Shown: piece by piece, positions 49,095 to 61,099 of the stretch
Numbering within the stretch: the first letter of the stretch is position 1
How the letters are laid out: each line of letters opens with the position of its first letter
From: Fistulifera solaris
Lineage: Eukaryota
Direction of reading: 5' to 3'
Length of the DNA: 64,000 nucleotides
Assembly (NCBI GenBank): GCA_030295235.1
Contig: AP026140.1
Span: 1-64,000, forward strand
Position numbers and translations under genes: made by a program
The notes under the pieces: generated by a model
The model's database searches: none
Seen by the model: the letters and a program-made list of their open reading frames with translations, nothing else
What the model was told of the DNA's origin: nothing

Positions 49095-49451
49095 ATTGAA
49101 TCGATAGTATTTACCGCCAAAACAACTCATTCATTCTGCTGAGGTGTTTGTATCAGTAATTTTCGACCGGCACAAGCAAGAAGTAAGCGGACATTCCAAT
49201 GCTTTTTAATAAATCGATTATCGGTTTGCAAGTGATGACAACACTTACCAATACCAAGAGTTCTGGGAGGTGAAAAATTCCAGATTTTCTGGATGAGTGA
49301 AAAACAACTCTGAACGAGAAAAAACAACTCGCCCAAATTTTCTGTATGACTTGAAAACGCTCAGAGTTTCTGTTAACGTGGAAAACAACTCACCCAAAAT
49401 TTCAGGTCAACTGAGAAAACGATCATCCAGCTTTTCTTCTACAATCTCTAC

Positions 49452-50090
49452 CAGAATTTCTGTACGACGGGATCGCTTTTTCCAGATAATCTGGAATTCA
49501 ACAGAAAATCCATTCTGTCGAAACCACTCTCTCATTTTTCGAAGTAATACATTATAACTTTATCTGGTATGATCTAATACAAAGTGTTGAGATTTTCTCG
49601 AACCGGCGCAGAACCTCTGCGAGAAAAAAAAACAGCTGGTCCAGAATTTCTGGATCCGTCAAACAGAATTTCTGTATGATGGGATCTCTGTTTTCCAGAT
49701 AATCTGGAATTCAACAGAAAATCCATTCTGTCGAAACCACTCTCTCATTTTTCGAAGTAATACATTATAACTTTATCTGGTATGATCCAATACAAAGTGT
49801 TGAGATTTTCTCGAACCGGCGCAGAACCTCTGCAAGAAGAAAACAGCTGGTCCAGAATTTCTGGACCATTCAAACAGAATTTCTGTATGACGGGATCGCT
49901 GTTTCCAGATAATCTGGAAATTAACAGAAATCTTTTTGTCGAAATCGCCGTATCTTATATTGAAGAAATACATTTATAACTCAATCTTGTATGATCCAAT
50001 ACAAAGTGTTGGGATTTTTCTCGAACCGGCGCAGAACCTCTGCGGTATGAAAACAGCTGGTCCAGAATTTCTGGACCAGTCAAACAGAAT
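49452..50090. repeat. Tandem repeat, 3 copies of ~211 bp, palindrome-rich
   Basis: Units start at 49452, 49664 and 49875, with a fragment at 50085; they contain ttccagat-a-atctggaa and ctggtccagaa-t-ttctggaccag. Confidence 0.93.
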
Positions 50091-50418
50091 ATTCCATATT
50101 TTTTTTAGAAAAGTGAAACACCATCCTTCGTATTTCCAGACTTTCTGAGTTTGTGTATAGCATTATTCCTGATTATCCAGATTCTCTTGAAAGGTGAACC
50201 AACACTACTCCAGATATTCTGAAAACGTGAAAACACTAGACCTATTCCTGATTTTCCATGAAAGTTTCTGGAAAAGTGAAACACCATTCTTCCAGACTTT
50301 TTGATAACGTAAAAAACACTTAGATGAATTTGCGCTCCAGTTTTTTTCTTTATTACATGCGCAATAAAGGACTAGTTCTATTCCTGTACAAGCACGATGT
50401 TAACTGCCTTTCCTGATC

Positions 50419-51537
50419 ATGCCATCTTTATCAGAAGCAATTGGACGGTGGGAGGAAAGAAAGGGAAAGGACTCTTCACACGTAGTTGATGTAATGGCCG
50501 TTGTGACTTGCCGTCGCGACGAGTCGTCGTCATTGATGAATACAAGGAATGGTCGATATCGTCGAATGGATTTAGCAGATCAACAATCACGCGCGTCTCT
50601 TCGACTTTCCGATTCAATCAGCTTTGCTAGTATGCCTACAGAGGGTAGCGTTATCACTCTATTCGGTGTTACTATAATGCAGGGAGCTCATGATGTTGAG
50701 TTGCGGCAAGATGGAAGAACGCACGAAGGTCCTTTGTGGCAAATAATGCTTCCGCACAACGCCACTGGCGAACAGCGACAGGAAAATCAACAAGCTGCGG
50801 CTTTATGGGTGTGGTGGCAGCAACAGAATGTCAAAGCGTTATCAGAACCCAAATGTGTCGATCGAACGCTTGGTGAAATGGCACTGACGGCAGGCATGAA
50901 AGGGAACATTGTCGCTCATGTATGCCAAGTTCAAGTTTGTCATCCCAAGCGCGTGAACAAACGAAGATTTGGTCGCACGCAGCCTCATATCATTGCTTTA
51001 CTTACAGACGCAGCGCGCAAGACATTTGTATCGTTGCTCGATAAGACAGGAGCATTACTTCAAAAACTGCAACGCGCACATCAAACTCAGGAGCTCATTC
51101 GTATAACATCCGTGCAATCAACAACGAGTGATGGAGAAGAGGTTGTACTGGTCGCAACACACGACACACAGATTCATCCCGTCGCGACGACGAATTCGCA
51201 TCATTTGTTCAGTCCGGAATCACAGGCTTTCTTATCGCAAATGCCTTCGTCTTCACCGACAGACGTACGCAGCATCATCTCGCCATTATATCGAATCAAC
51301 AAAAGTCGGACGGTTCCGTATCTTACTCCGGGACGTGAGGCTGTTTTGGAAATTGAAGGAGAATCGGTTCTTGCGAATTATTTTACCGTGTTTGATGTAC
51401 TCTCGTGTGGCGGCGACTTACTGTTATTGCAAGCCTTGATCGATGAGGCGATTCCATTACGGTGGACGATTCGTAATGACGGCGTTGTATCGCAGGTATC
51501 ACTGGTCGGATTCCCATTGAATGTCAAAGATACTTAG
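50419..51537 (+). CDS. Hypothetical protein, possibly tandem OB-folds
   Basis: Intact 372-aa ORF; beta-rich patterns VDVMAVV...RRMDLADQ...GSVITLFGV and GNIVAHVCQV...ALLTD...ELIRITSV. Confidence 0.6.
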   Translation: MPSLSEAIGRWEERKGKDSSHVVDVMAVVTCRRDESSSLMNTRNGRYRRMDLADQQSRASLRLSDSISFASMPTEGSVITLFGVTIMQGAHDVELRQDGRTHEGPLWQIMLPHNATGEQRQENQQAAALWVWWQQQNVKALSEPKCVDRTLGEMALTAGMKGNIVAHVCQVQVCHPKRVNKRRFGRTQPHIIALLTDAARKTFVSLLDKTGALLQKLQRAHQTQELIRITSVQSTTSDGEEVVLVATHDTQIHPVATTNSHHLFSPESQAFLSQMPSSSPTDVRSIISPLYRINKSRTVPYLTPGREAVLEIEGESVLANYFTVFDVLSCGGDLLLLQALIDEAIPLRWTIRNDGVVSQVSLVGFPLNVKDT

Positions 51538-53440
51538 TTTGATAGACAAATGAATGTTTACAAGGATGAGAAAACACAAATGATCGAGAAAGAGGAAGAG
51601 TCGAAAAAGTCGTCACATCGACAAGGCTGAGGCGGAGAAAAGTTTGCGTCGTCAAATAACAATTAAGTGAAACGACGGTCGCCCAACTGAATTTCTCACT
51701 TCCTGCTGCGAAAGATCATTGAACGTAACGCTGTTTCATTACTATACGTCAACATCAGATCTCAGGAATGCGACGTCTTCCACAACGATTCTCCGCACGC
51801 TGTATTTATTGACTTCGAGAACGAGTTCCTCTAGAGTGTTTAAACAATCAATGATTAATATTGCAAAAATATTTTTTATCAATGCCTATATTTACAGTCG
51901 ATGTCTTTATGTTTACGACGATTTGCCATTAACATCACTATCAGTGCGGAAATCGACAAACAAGTGTGAAAACTTGTGTTCGAATCTCTTTGAAGTAACG
52001 TAAAACGAAACACGTATATCTCCTACACCATCGCTTATCGGAAGACTTACCTGTGCTTGGCTTTGTACATTATTTCTAGTTGCGCTGCCCGGTGTCTGTG
52101 AAACGAATACAATGAAATGGCATTACGAATTCACTTACAACTTCTAGCGTGCCTTGTCGATATTTAGCCAATCACGACAAAGGCTCCACTGATAAACGAA
52201 TATTGTTCCTGTGGTTCTTGTTCTTCTTGAAGAACACTGGATGAGGAATGTGTCGATGATGGGAGTGAAATGGAAGTCGAGTATCCTTGCAAGGTCGAGT
52301 CATCTTCTGAAGCGACCTCGTCAAGACACTGGACGTGTTTCTCGGGTCGAGACGAATGTTTGACATGAATCGGTCGTCGACGAACGGCGTACTTGCTGTG
52401 CTTTTGTTGTAATTTCATGGTGAAGAGTGAATGCGGATCGGCGTTGAGATTGTGTCACCTGTGAAAGAGAGACGATAGCCCGTGCAAAAAATTGCGTGTT
52501 GTGCTTGCGTTCGTTGGACGTAGAAAATGAACTTGATCCAATGTACCGGCTAAGAAAAGTTCCCGACGAGAGACTTCACGAATGGTGGTGATTGATTCGT
52601 TCGCGCGTCTTCTTCGTTTACTCTATGTGCTATGTGCGAAGTGCGAAGCTCAAGCACAAGAACTCGCGAACTCCCGAACTGCAGAATTTAGTTCCGTCTT
52701 TTCAACATCGAAGCCTTCGTCGCCATCATTCTGTTCAACTTCTTCGCATTTGTCACAAATTTGTGACGGCCAATTCTTTCAATGTTTAACCCACGTTCTA
52801 CATTTAGGGCGTCTAGATAAAACGGTACTCAAGTTCCCTAGCTACGGAGTAATTGTTTTGCACTCGTCGAAATAGAATAAGTAAGTTCGTAAGCGCTCGC
52901 GTCTCGCGTCCAGTTCGCTTTTTCGTTTTCGCCGCCTTCCCGTTGCATACTACGTAGGTCTAGTAGCAACCCCACCAAACTGCAACCATAGCATTCCTTC
53001 AACGGGGGCTTACCGAGAAATGAAAAGGTTTTATTATGCAACCCCGGATACGGACACGTCGTCATGGCGATCCTGAGCTATGAAATTAGAAACCCACGTT
53101 CAGTCCTCTGTTTTAGAGACGACAATTTGTGATTCCTATGATCCTTTATAATGAAAAAGGAACGGAGGATGCCGAAGTAGCACATGCTGTCCTCCGACAT
53201 TACAGTGCGGTGGTGCTACCTGCTACTCTCATTCTTGTCAAACTGGGAAATCAGTCGAGCTAAAGACGTCTTTGCGCTATCAAACCTCTCAAATGCCTCG
53301 ATTGATCGGTCCGTGTTCACATTTCCATTGACTGAAAAGCAACAACAAAAAAATGAGATGATTTTGTTCATTATTTTGCGACTTATCGCAAAGGGTGCCG
53401 CCGAATATTATTACGTAAACGCTGTCGAAGATTCTGAAGA

Positions 53441-55745
53441 ATGAAACTCGTCTTTACTGCTCTCTGTTTCTTGTCGTCGTTCGCCTACTTCGCGGACGCG
53501 AAATGCGGTGAGTCGCCTCCTTCACCGCCAACGAACTTGATGACATCGCCAACGGCCGGTACCTTGCGGATCGATGCGACGCAGTATTGCGAAAGTTATG
53601 GTACTCGCATTGAAAAAACAAATCAAGGAGAGCCGTATGTCGGTTTCTTGGATCCCAATGACTGGATGGCCTTTGATGTCGAGTTGCCCACGGCGGGGAC
53701 GTATCAAGTGACTTACAGTGTTGCTTCCATGACCGGAAAAGGATCTTTTCAACTCGAGCAATTGGGAGGATCTACCGTCTACGGAAGTATTACTTCTGTC
53801 CCTAGCACGGGAAGTTGGTATTCGTTCACGACGGTGACGCATACGGTTCAGTTGCCGCAGGGCAAGCAGGCGTTGGCAGTGGCGATTCGCCAAGGTGAAT
53901 TCAACTTGGATTGGATTGAGTTGAAAAAGATATCTGGTGACGCTCCCGACAATAGTGTTCCTCACGCTGCCTGTCGTGCGGATGAATACCTCCAGATCAA
54001 TGTGGGTCAAAAGAATCGTATCTCGGCTGTGGATTACTGCGACGCGCGAGGTGTTCAACGAAAGATCAGTCAGAATGGAGGCTACCACGTAAGCAGGATC
54101 GATGCGAATGACTTTGTGGCGTATAACATTGAAGTGCCCAAGTCGGACCTCTATCGGATCAGTTATCGAGTTGCCAGCAAAGATGGATCGGGCGGACTTG
54201 TTCTCGAAGTGTATGACAAGTCATCTTTTGGGACCGTATCGAAGCAAGTGAATATCCCATCGACGGGCGGATTGCAAAAGTGGGCTACCGTATCGCATAC
54301 AGTCTACCTTTCGCAAGGAAAGAATATCTTGGTTGTTCGTGGGAAAGGTCGCGGATGGAATTTCAAGTCGATGGACATTGTAGTGGGAGCCGTATCGCCA
54401 AGCCCTCCGGTGACCAACCCTGTGCCAGTGCCTCCTCCTGTGACGTTTCCTGTACCTGCGCCCGTTCCCGCTCCTGTAGCAACCCCAGTGCGTGCGCCAG
54501 TGTTTTCAACACCCAGCAACGGCTTCGTTCGCGCCGATGGAAAGCACATCGTTGACGGTAACGGTAACAATTTGATTCTCCGAGGACAAGGTTTGGGAGG
54601 ATGGATGCTCCAAGAGCCCTATCAGATGCTAACAGTCGAAGCTGCACCAAAGGGGCAATGGCAGATGTTTCAGAAAATTGAGCAAACGGTTGGGACGGCC
54701 GGTTTAGAGCAGTATCATCGAGCATGGCTGGACAACTGGTGCACGTACGAAGATGTCAAGGAACTGAAAGCGTCGGGTTTTAACTCGATTCGTGTTGCTT
54801 TGCATTATAACCTTTTCACGCTTCCCATTGAGGAAGAGCCCGTGCGAGGAAGAGATACGTGGATCCAAGACGGGTTCGATCGGTTGGATTTACTGCTCGA
54901 ATGGTGTCAAAAGAAAAAATCTATTTGATCTTGGATCTTCATGCTGCGCCAGGTGGACAGGGACGAAATTCTGCTATCAACGACTACGATGATTCAAAGC
55001 CAAGTATGTGGGAGGATGAGGAGAATGTCCGTAAATCGATCGCACTTTGGGTCAAGTGGGCAGCTCGGTACAAAGACAATACGTGGATCGCTGGTTACGA
55101 CTTGCTCAATGAACCAAACTGGGGTTTCGAGCCGGGACACCCGAATGGATGCTCAGAGCAGACGAACAAACCGCTGAAGAACTTTTACGATCGCGCCATC
55201 GAAGCCATTCGCAAAGTCGACAAGAATCATATCATTTACATCAACGGCAACTGTTGGGGCAACAATCACAAAGGGATGTGGCCGTTCGCAGACAATAACA
55301 TTGCGTTGAGTTTGCACCGCTATTGGATTGAAAATACCGACGCATCGATTCAGGAGTTCTTAGACATGCGAGAAAAGTATAATGTGCCTTTGTGGATGGG
55401 AGAATCGGGCGAAAACGACAACAACTGGTACAAAGGCGCAGTTCAGTTGTTGGAGCGTCACAACATTGGATGGGTAAGTACCGCGACCTCTCTTGTCAAA
55501 TGATCGAAACAGCAAGCTAACGTGCGTCAACGAAGGCATGGTGGACTTGGAAAAAACTTCAATCGTCGTCTGGTTCTTACTCGATCAACCCGCCTGCTCA
55601 GTATCAGACTCTGGTAGATTATTGGGCATATGGAGGTAACAAGCCAGCAAATGCAATGGAAACTTTGATGGAGCTTGCTGAAAATGCCAAATTGAAAAAC
55701 TGCATCCGTAACGATGAAGCGATTGCAGCTCTTACCGGTATCTGA
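53441..55745 (+). CDS. Secreted CBM6-CBM6-Pro-rich linker-GH5 glycoside hydrolase
   Basis: Signal peptide; two CBM6-like repeats (VGFLDPNDWMAF...STGSWYSFTTV...FNLDWI); LRGQGLGGWMLQEPY, LILDLHAAPGGQ, YDLLNEP (acid/base), LWMGESGEN (nucleophile). Frameshift in the A-run near 54915; intron 55474-55535; last exon AWWTWKK...TGI* ends 55745. Confidence 0.9.
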
Positions 55746-55811
55746 GGTCTCTAGTTCTTTTATAAGTACGACCTTACTCAATAGGACCTCCAGTAAAAAA
55801 TGATTACATCT

Positions 55812-58007
55812 TTAATCCTCCCTACTAACTTCCAAAGGTGCCACTTCAAAAGAGACGGAATTGATTCGCATTGAACCATTAATCTGTTCAAAGTTTTGGA
55901 TCAGTTGACCAGTCGCGCCTATACAAAGAGGACACGAATACATGTCATGTCGCACTAGTTCGCCCTGTTCTCGTTTAAGACCGCACTGTACGATCGGATG
56001 ATCTCGGACATCTTGCATCGGCTCTGGTCTCTTACAAGGCATGCAGAAGAGCCCCGCTGGTCGCAATGTAGGGACGCCGTACACTAGCCACTTGAGTGTC
56101 CCGAGCTGAATCGTATCTCTTACTTGCGTACCCGCCTCTTCCAAATCATATTTCAGCAAACTTTCGTATTTGCTGCATTCCCACCACAGCTGTTCCAATA
56201 TACGAATGGTTCGCTGCCCCTCGTTTTCTTCGTTCAGCAGTCCTAACCAGTACAGAACAGCTATTAACCGTGACTTGCTGACGAGCAGCGCGTCACTGTG
56301 TTTGACCGGAGCGGGTAGTTTCATCGCAACGCTATCGGACAGGCTTAAAGCATTGGGTGCTGATCCTAGCAAGGCGAAACCGAGTAATCCCTTATAAACA
56401 GCATTTGACGAAGGCAATGAGGAAGGTATGGGCCGACGACCAACATTTGGCTGTTGCAAGGCCAATACCATTTGCTCTAAACGAGCCGCTGCCACCGGAC
56501 CGGTGACTCGATTCTTTCTAAATCATGCATCAGTGCTTCCAAGTCTGTCGCATACACAGTCGTAAATACAGGTCGGCTCAAATCATTCCCATTGATGTTC
56601 CACTGTTTCTCCGTGGACTGGGGATTGGAAGCGCGTGAACGACGATGTCGAAGGTGCGATGGACTAGCGTTGACACCAAACGCACCCGTCACCGCCTCGG
56701 GAACTTTACGCACCGCAAAATGATTGTGCCATTGATTCAAATGATTCAGCACAAGCACTCCTCGTCTCAATAATGATCGTAAACCAGGATTGATCAGCAC
56801 TTCACGTGACAGCGGTGACGGAGCAATTAACAAATTTCCGTTGTTGCTTGGCAGATTGCGACGATGATTACCGACATAAAAATGGGAAGCGACTTCAAAA
56901 AAATACAGCGGGAGAGAACAGTTTCCACCGACACGCATCATTCGGTTGACTCCATTGTCTGGCCAATAAATCGGTCGTGTATTCATGACCCGGTAAAACA
57001 ATGATACGATCTGCCGTCTCGCGTGGCATTTGCAGATGCGATACGCATCGATGTAGCAATTCGGCAAAGCATCGTTCCATGGCGTAACCAGCAGCAGAAG
57101 TTCGAAGGAGGGAATCCGCAGTCATTTTGTTAGCTTTGGTTTCTTGATTCGTATCAATATCCGCTTCGAAGGGAACTCCCGATCCACCTGAAAATACCGT
57201 ATCTCCCGTAAACAGCAAGGCAGACATGGAGGAAGAAGTCGGAACCTTGGGACGCAAAACGTAGGCTAAAGAGCCACGTGTATGCCCTGGCGTTGCCACG
57301 GCCTCAATTTCAATGAAAGCATTCATATCGTTGGAATCATCTGCCGGAAGGGGAATTATCTGACCATTCACTAGTGTGTAATTGCAACATGGAACTTTCT
57401 CGACTGCACCTCCCATAATATGCTTCAATGTGTCTTTAAATTGGTTTTGCAGCGCTCGATTTCCCGCCGTATGATCGTGATGTTTGTGTGTACTGAGGAT
57501 ACTGACAACCTGTATCCTCCGCTTTCGGTAGTGCCTTTCGCTAATGAAATATATTTGTCGCGTGACTGCTTCCGCATCACCACAATCAATGACGACGGCG
57601 AGGATGTTGCCGCTGGCAGCGGTTGGCACCGAAACGATGAGATATCCTAAATTATCCATGAATTGAGGTAGAGCGTGCACATAAATGCGTTGCTCCACGA
57701 CGGCTAATCGTTGCTCAATCGCTCGACTGTGATATCCATGTGACTTGTCGAGACGGCGAGCTCTCATCGCAAGACGCATGATATAAAAATGCACCCATCG
57801 CCCGATCGAAAGCGGATACAGAAACTCGACAATAAATCCCATTCGATTCGTTAGCGGCTGTAAAAACAACCCCAAGAGAAAGGTAGGGAATTTCAGAATC
57901 ATTGTGAATAGCCAAAGTAAACAGAGAAGAATGAATCCGGTCAAAGTCAAAGGCGACATGAGGCAAGGATTGTGTCGCCATTCGCGAAGAGAGAAAGGAT
58001 TTGTCAT
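55812..58007 (-). CDS. Glyoxalase II / hydroxyacylglutathione hydrolase-like metallo-beta-lactamase with N-terminal TM segments and a C-terminal extension (frameshifts near 56900 and 56490)
   Basis: DNLGYL, THKHHDHTAGN (THxHxDH), TPGHTRGS, LFTGDTVF, LPGHEYT, then REVLINPGL in the next frame. Confidence 0.8.
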
Positions 58008-58419
58008 TGTCTCTGTTCGCGATAACAGCGTCTGATATTCGTTTTGCGTCGCTATTTTGATGATTTCGTTTCGCTTTTTGATTGTATTGCAACAAAGGAG
58101 ATCAGTTGCGAAAGAGGTTTGGTTTTGAGATATTATTTATAAATTACAAATTGCTGAATGGATTGGTCTAATTATTTGAAAGTGTTTTGCTCTCTTCAAT
58201 CGAAAAGGGGAACAATGCAGTAAGGTTAGGGGTACGTTTATCGACGTTTTAGGTTTTAGCACATTCTTTTTCAGATCGTTTTTGCAGTAAATTTACTTTC
58301 TTTTCACCAACAACATTGCTTCACATTAATTCACAGTTAAGATGTTTGGTAAAGAACATTCCTGATACCTTGAAACGCATGAATAAAGTTAGATGTGAAA
58401 TTTCGAAAGGCAACAGAGT

Positions 58420-58680
58420 TTTCACGTAGGCCTCGTAGGAACTTTATTGATGCAGATGGTATCTGAATGCTGCATGTTCCTACCACACTGTTTTTGAAAA
58501 AAGCGGGAACCAATCACACTCAAAGCTTCTCCACATGAATCTAACATACCTTGCGATTATATTCGAAATGGGGTTAGCAGAATAGATGCAAAAAGGAAAA
58601 GATGTTACACTGCAAAAATCTACGCGATTCTACGTAGGCCTCGTACAGTAGAGAAATTTATCGACTGAGGGGAACCCGGA
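58420..58680 (-). repeat. Dispersed reverse-strand copies of the 27.6-28.7 kb hairpin core
   Basis: Reverse complement of 58618-58680 = tccgggttcccctcagtcgataaatttctctactgtacgaggcctacgtagaatcgcgtagat; a second partial copy at 58421-58450 lies 208 bp away. Confidence 0.75.
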
Positions 58681-59287
58681 TATTTGCTATGTCCTGTCAG
58701 TCGTCCGCGTCGTCTCATTTTCGACGCGACCGCCGTCGACGCGATCTCTCTTCTCTAAAATAATGTCGATGCGAGCCTGTTAGTCTAGACCTACGGAAGT
58801 CTTTGAATAAAAGACATTGCTTTCTTTTGTCGGCTTTTGAAAACCTGAAGTTAGACTGTCTCCGAAGCAAGACTTTGAAGCTACGGAGGCGAAATGCTCA
58901 TGGTTTCGATCGCAGCAATCTTTACGTTGTCCAATCGCGAAGATGCGTTTGAGCGTTCGGGTGCTCGCGTCAATGATCATCATGTCAAACTATTATTGTC
59001 GTCAGAGACTGCGTGAAATCGCATAGATCTTAGCTGATTGCGATCTTTTGTCGAGTGTCGAGCGGGGTATTTCATTTCAGAAATTTGCGCCGAACTCTCT
59101 GTGCTTCTCTAGGCGCAGTTCTACATGAAGGGAAACTTGAGACTTTGATACCTTTCTGACAGCTACAGTGCCTGTACTTGATACTGTACTTGATTCGTCG
59201 ACTCTATTATTTGTTTCTCCGGAAGCACCGTGTCTCGTCATGGTTCGGCTATTCATCTGAAGTCTATAAAAATCATGGAATTCATCA

Positions 59288-59381
59288 AGCATGCGATCAG
59301 TACGTTTTCTACACGCAGGGGCACCAGATTGGCACGCGCCTCGGTTGTCAGGTTGTCACTTTTTGACAGAAAGATACCCTG
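59288..59381 (+). promoter_or_regulatory. Upstream block conserved between the two FBP1-like genes (copy 1)
   Basis: agcatgcgatcagtacgttttctaca...ggcacgcgcctc...ggttgtc..ggttgtcact...aaagatacc, also present at 62033-62132. Confidence 0.6.
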
Positions 59382-59444
59382 CGACAAATTCGCGCCACAA
59401 AAGGCTCACAATTTAATGTTTGAGCTGGTTGATTGTTGACTATC

Positions 59445-61027
59445 ATGAAATCCGGATTTCTCTTTTTCGCACCGTTGCTGGTAACTGCGAACCAGTTCTT
59501 GGATGATCGTGGCAGAGCACATGTGTTGCGAGATGAGCCTCGCGTCCTCTGCTCGGCTACGACTGCCGTTTCTCTTCTTCATCTAGGTGAGGCTTTGCCT
59601 TTGTACTGCTCTACCTTATTGATTATTCGTCAGGTGCTAACCGTCCTGATGCTCTTATGTCGATCATAGGAATGCCGCTCGATTGGCTTGTTGCCACCTG
59701 GGGTTCACCCTTTAACCGTGTTTCCAACCTACGCAATGGCACAGAATCTGAGTTCTTTACCATGGATATTCAGCTAGACGATCTTGCGGTCTTAAAGTCC
59801 AAACCTTCCGTAACCCATCCGGATTGTCTTGATGAATCGAAGCCAGAAGACTTGTGTAGCGGCGTGGACGAAGCAAAGGTGGATGCTCTTCAAGGAGTAA
59901 CACTGATTATCGACGTTTCGGGAAACCACGGTTATGATCCTATCGCCATTAACGCTTCAGCAGCATTGAATGCCCCAGTCGTGACCATCGATTCTTCTTT
60001 CGATGGAGCACTTAACTGCCTTTCGACCCCAGAAAACTATCTCGGTACCATCGATCAAAACTGTTACAGAAGGTCTTACTTGGATGTCGTCAACCGTATT
60101 TATGATATGGCCGAATGGATGGGAATCGATACTCGTCATGATCGTGACTTACTTTGCAAGGCCACTCAACGTTTTCAACAGGCAGCCAAGCAAGCTCACG
60201 ACAAAGGGATTCGGTTCATGTTGGTTGCAATTCAAGGTGGAGAGTTTGAAGAAGGGAATATGCGCATGTATGTGACGAACCCATTGCAATTTAGCACCGC
60301 GCGTACCATGGAAGAAATAGGTTTACCTATTTTGTGGCCTGGTCTGTGTAAAGAAGATATTTGCAAGTCAATGGGAGAGCTTCCTGCGGCGTACGAAGTC
60401 ATCCCCGCATATCTTTATTTCCCAAAGTGCCCCGTCGGCAAAATCGAAGCGAGTTGTGCCAGGGACACGCTTTACAAAGTTGACTTTTTCTTACTTGAAG
60501 GTTACGGGTACCAACAACTAGAAGATGATCCGGAAGGGTTCAAGAAGTTATTTCCAGACCCAGCGCTTCTTGCAGGGCAGTACATGGCGTTCCCCTTTGA
60601 TGCGCATGTTTATTCCCATCGCTCACTCTCTGGCTGGTTAGAAGTTTTGACGGAGCGAATCGAAAATGCCAAGCGTCTTCATGATCCAAGCCCTTGTTCG
60701 GAGGCGCACGTGACATCTCTTCAGCATATTAACTACAAAGATCTCGAACTTGGTGGAGGTGAATACGCTTGCTGGAATCCTCAGTATCACAATTCTGAAT
60801 ATGCTACATGTCCTCCCGAGGAAGTGACCGAAGGGCTTTCGAATGGCGCAGTGGCTGGCGTGGCATTGGGTGCCATTTTTCTCGGAGCTCTTCTCATGTT
60901 CCTTGTCATGAGATTTGTGTTGAATTATCGCACTGGCATCGACAAGAAATTTCATGAACCGGTGGAGGAAGAAAAGGAGCTTGAATCAAATACAAGCCAG
61001 GCGTCACACGTCAATGATGCGGCCTAG
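59445..61027 (+). CDS. FBP1-like membrane-anchored iron-siderophore-binding protein (periplasmic-binding-protein type), copy 1
   Basis: Signal peptide then FLDDRG (cf. FTDDRG at the start of bacterial Fe-siderophore substrate-binding proteins), TAVSLLHLG, intron 59587-59669, PDPALLAGQ, a C-terminal TM helix (GAVAGVALGAIFLGALLMFLV) and a short acidic tail. Confidence 0.65.
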
Positions 61028-61099
61028 CTTTCAGGATAAATGCGCGTCAATAGGTAGCCCGAGCGCTGTTGTAGGGATTGTTTATAAAATTTTGTTGTC

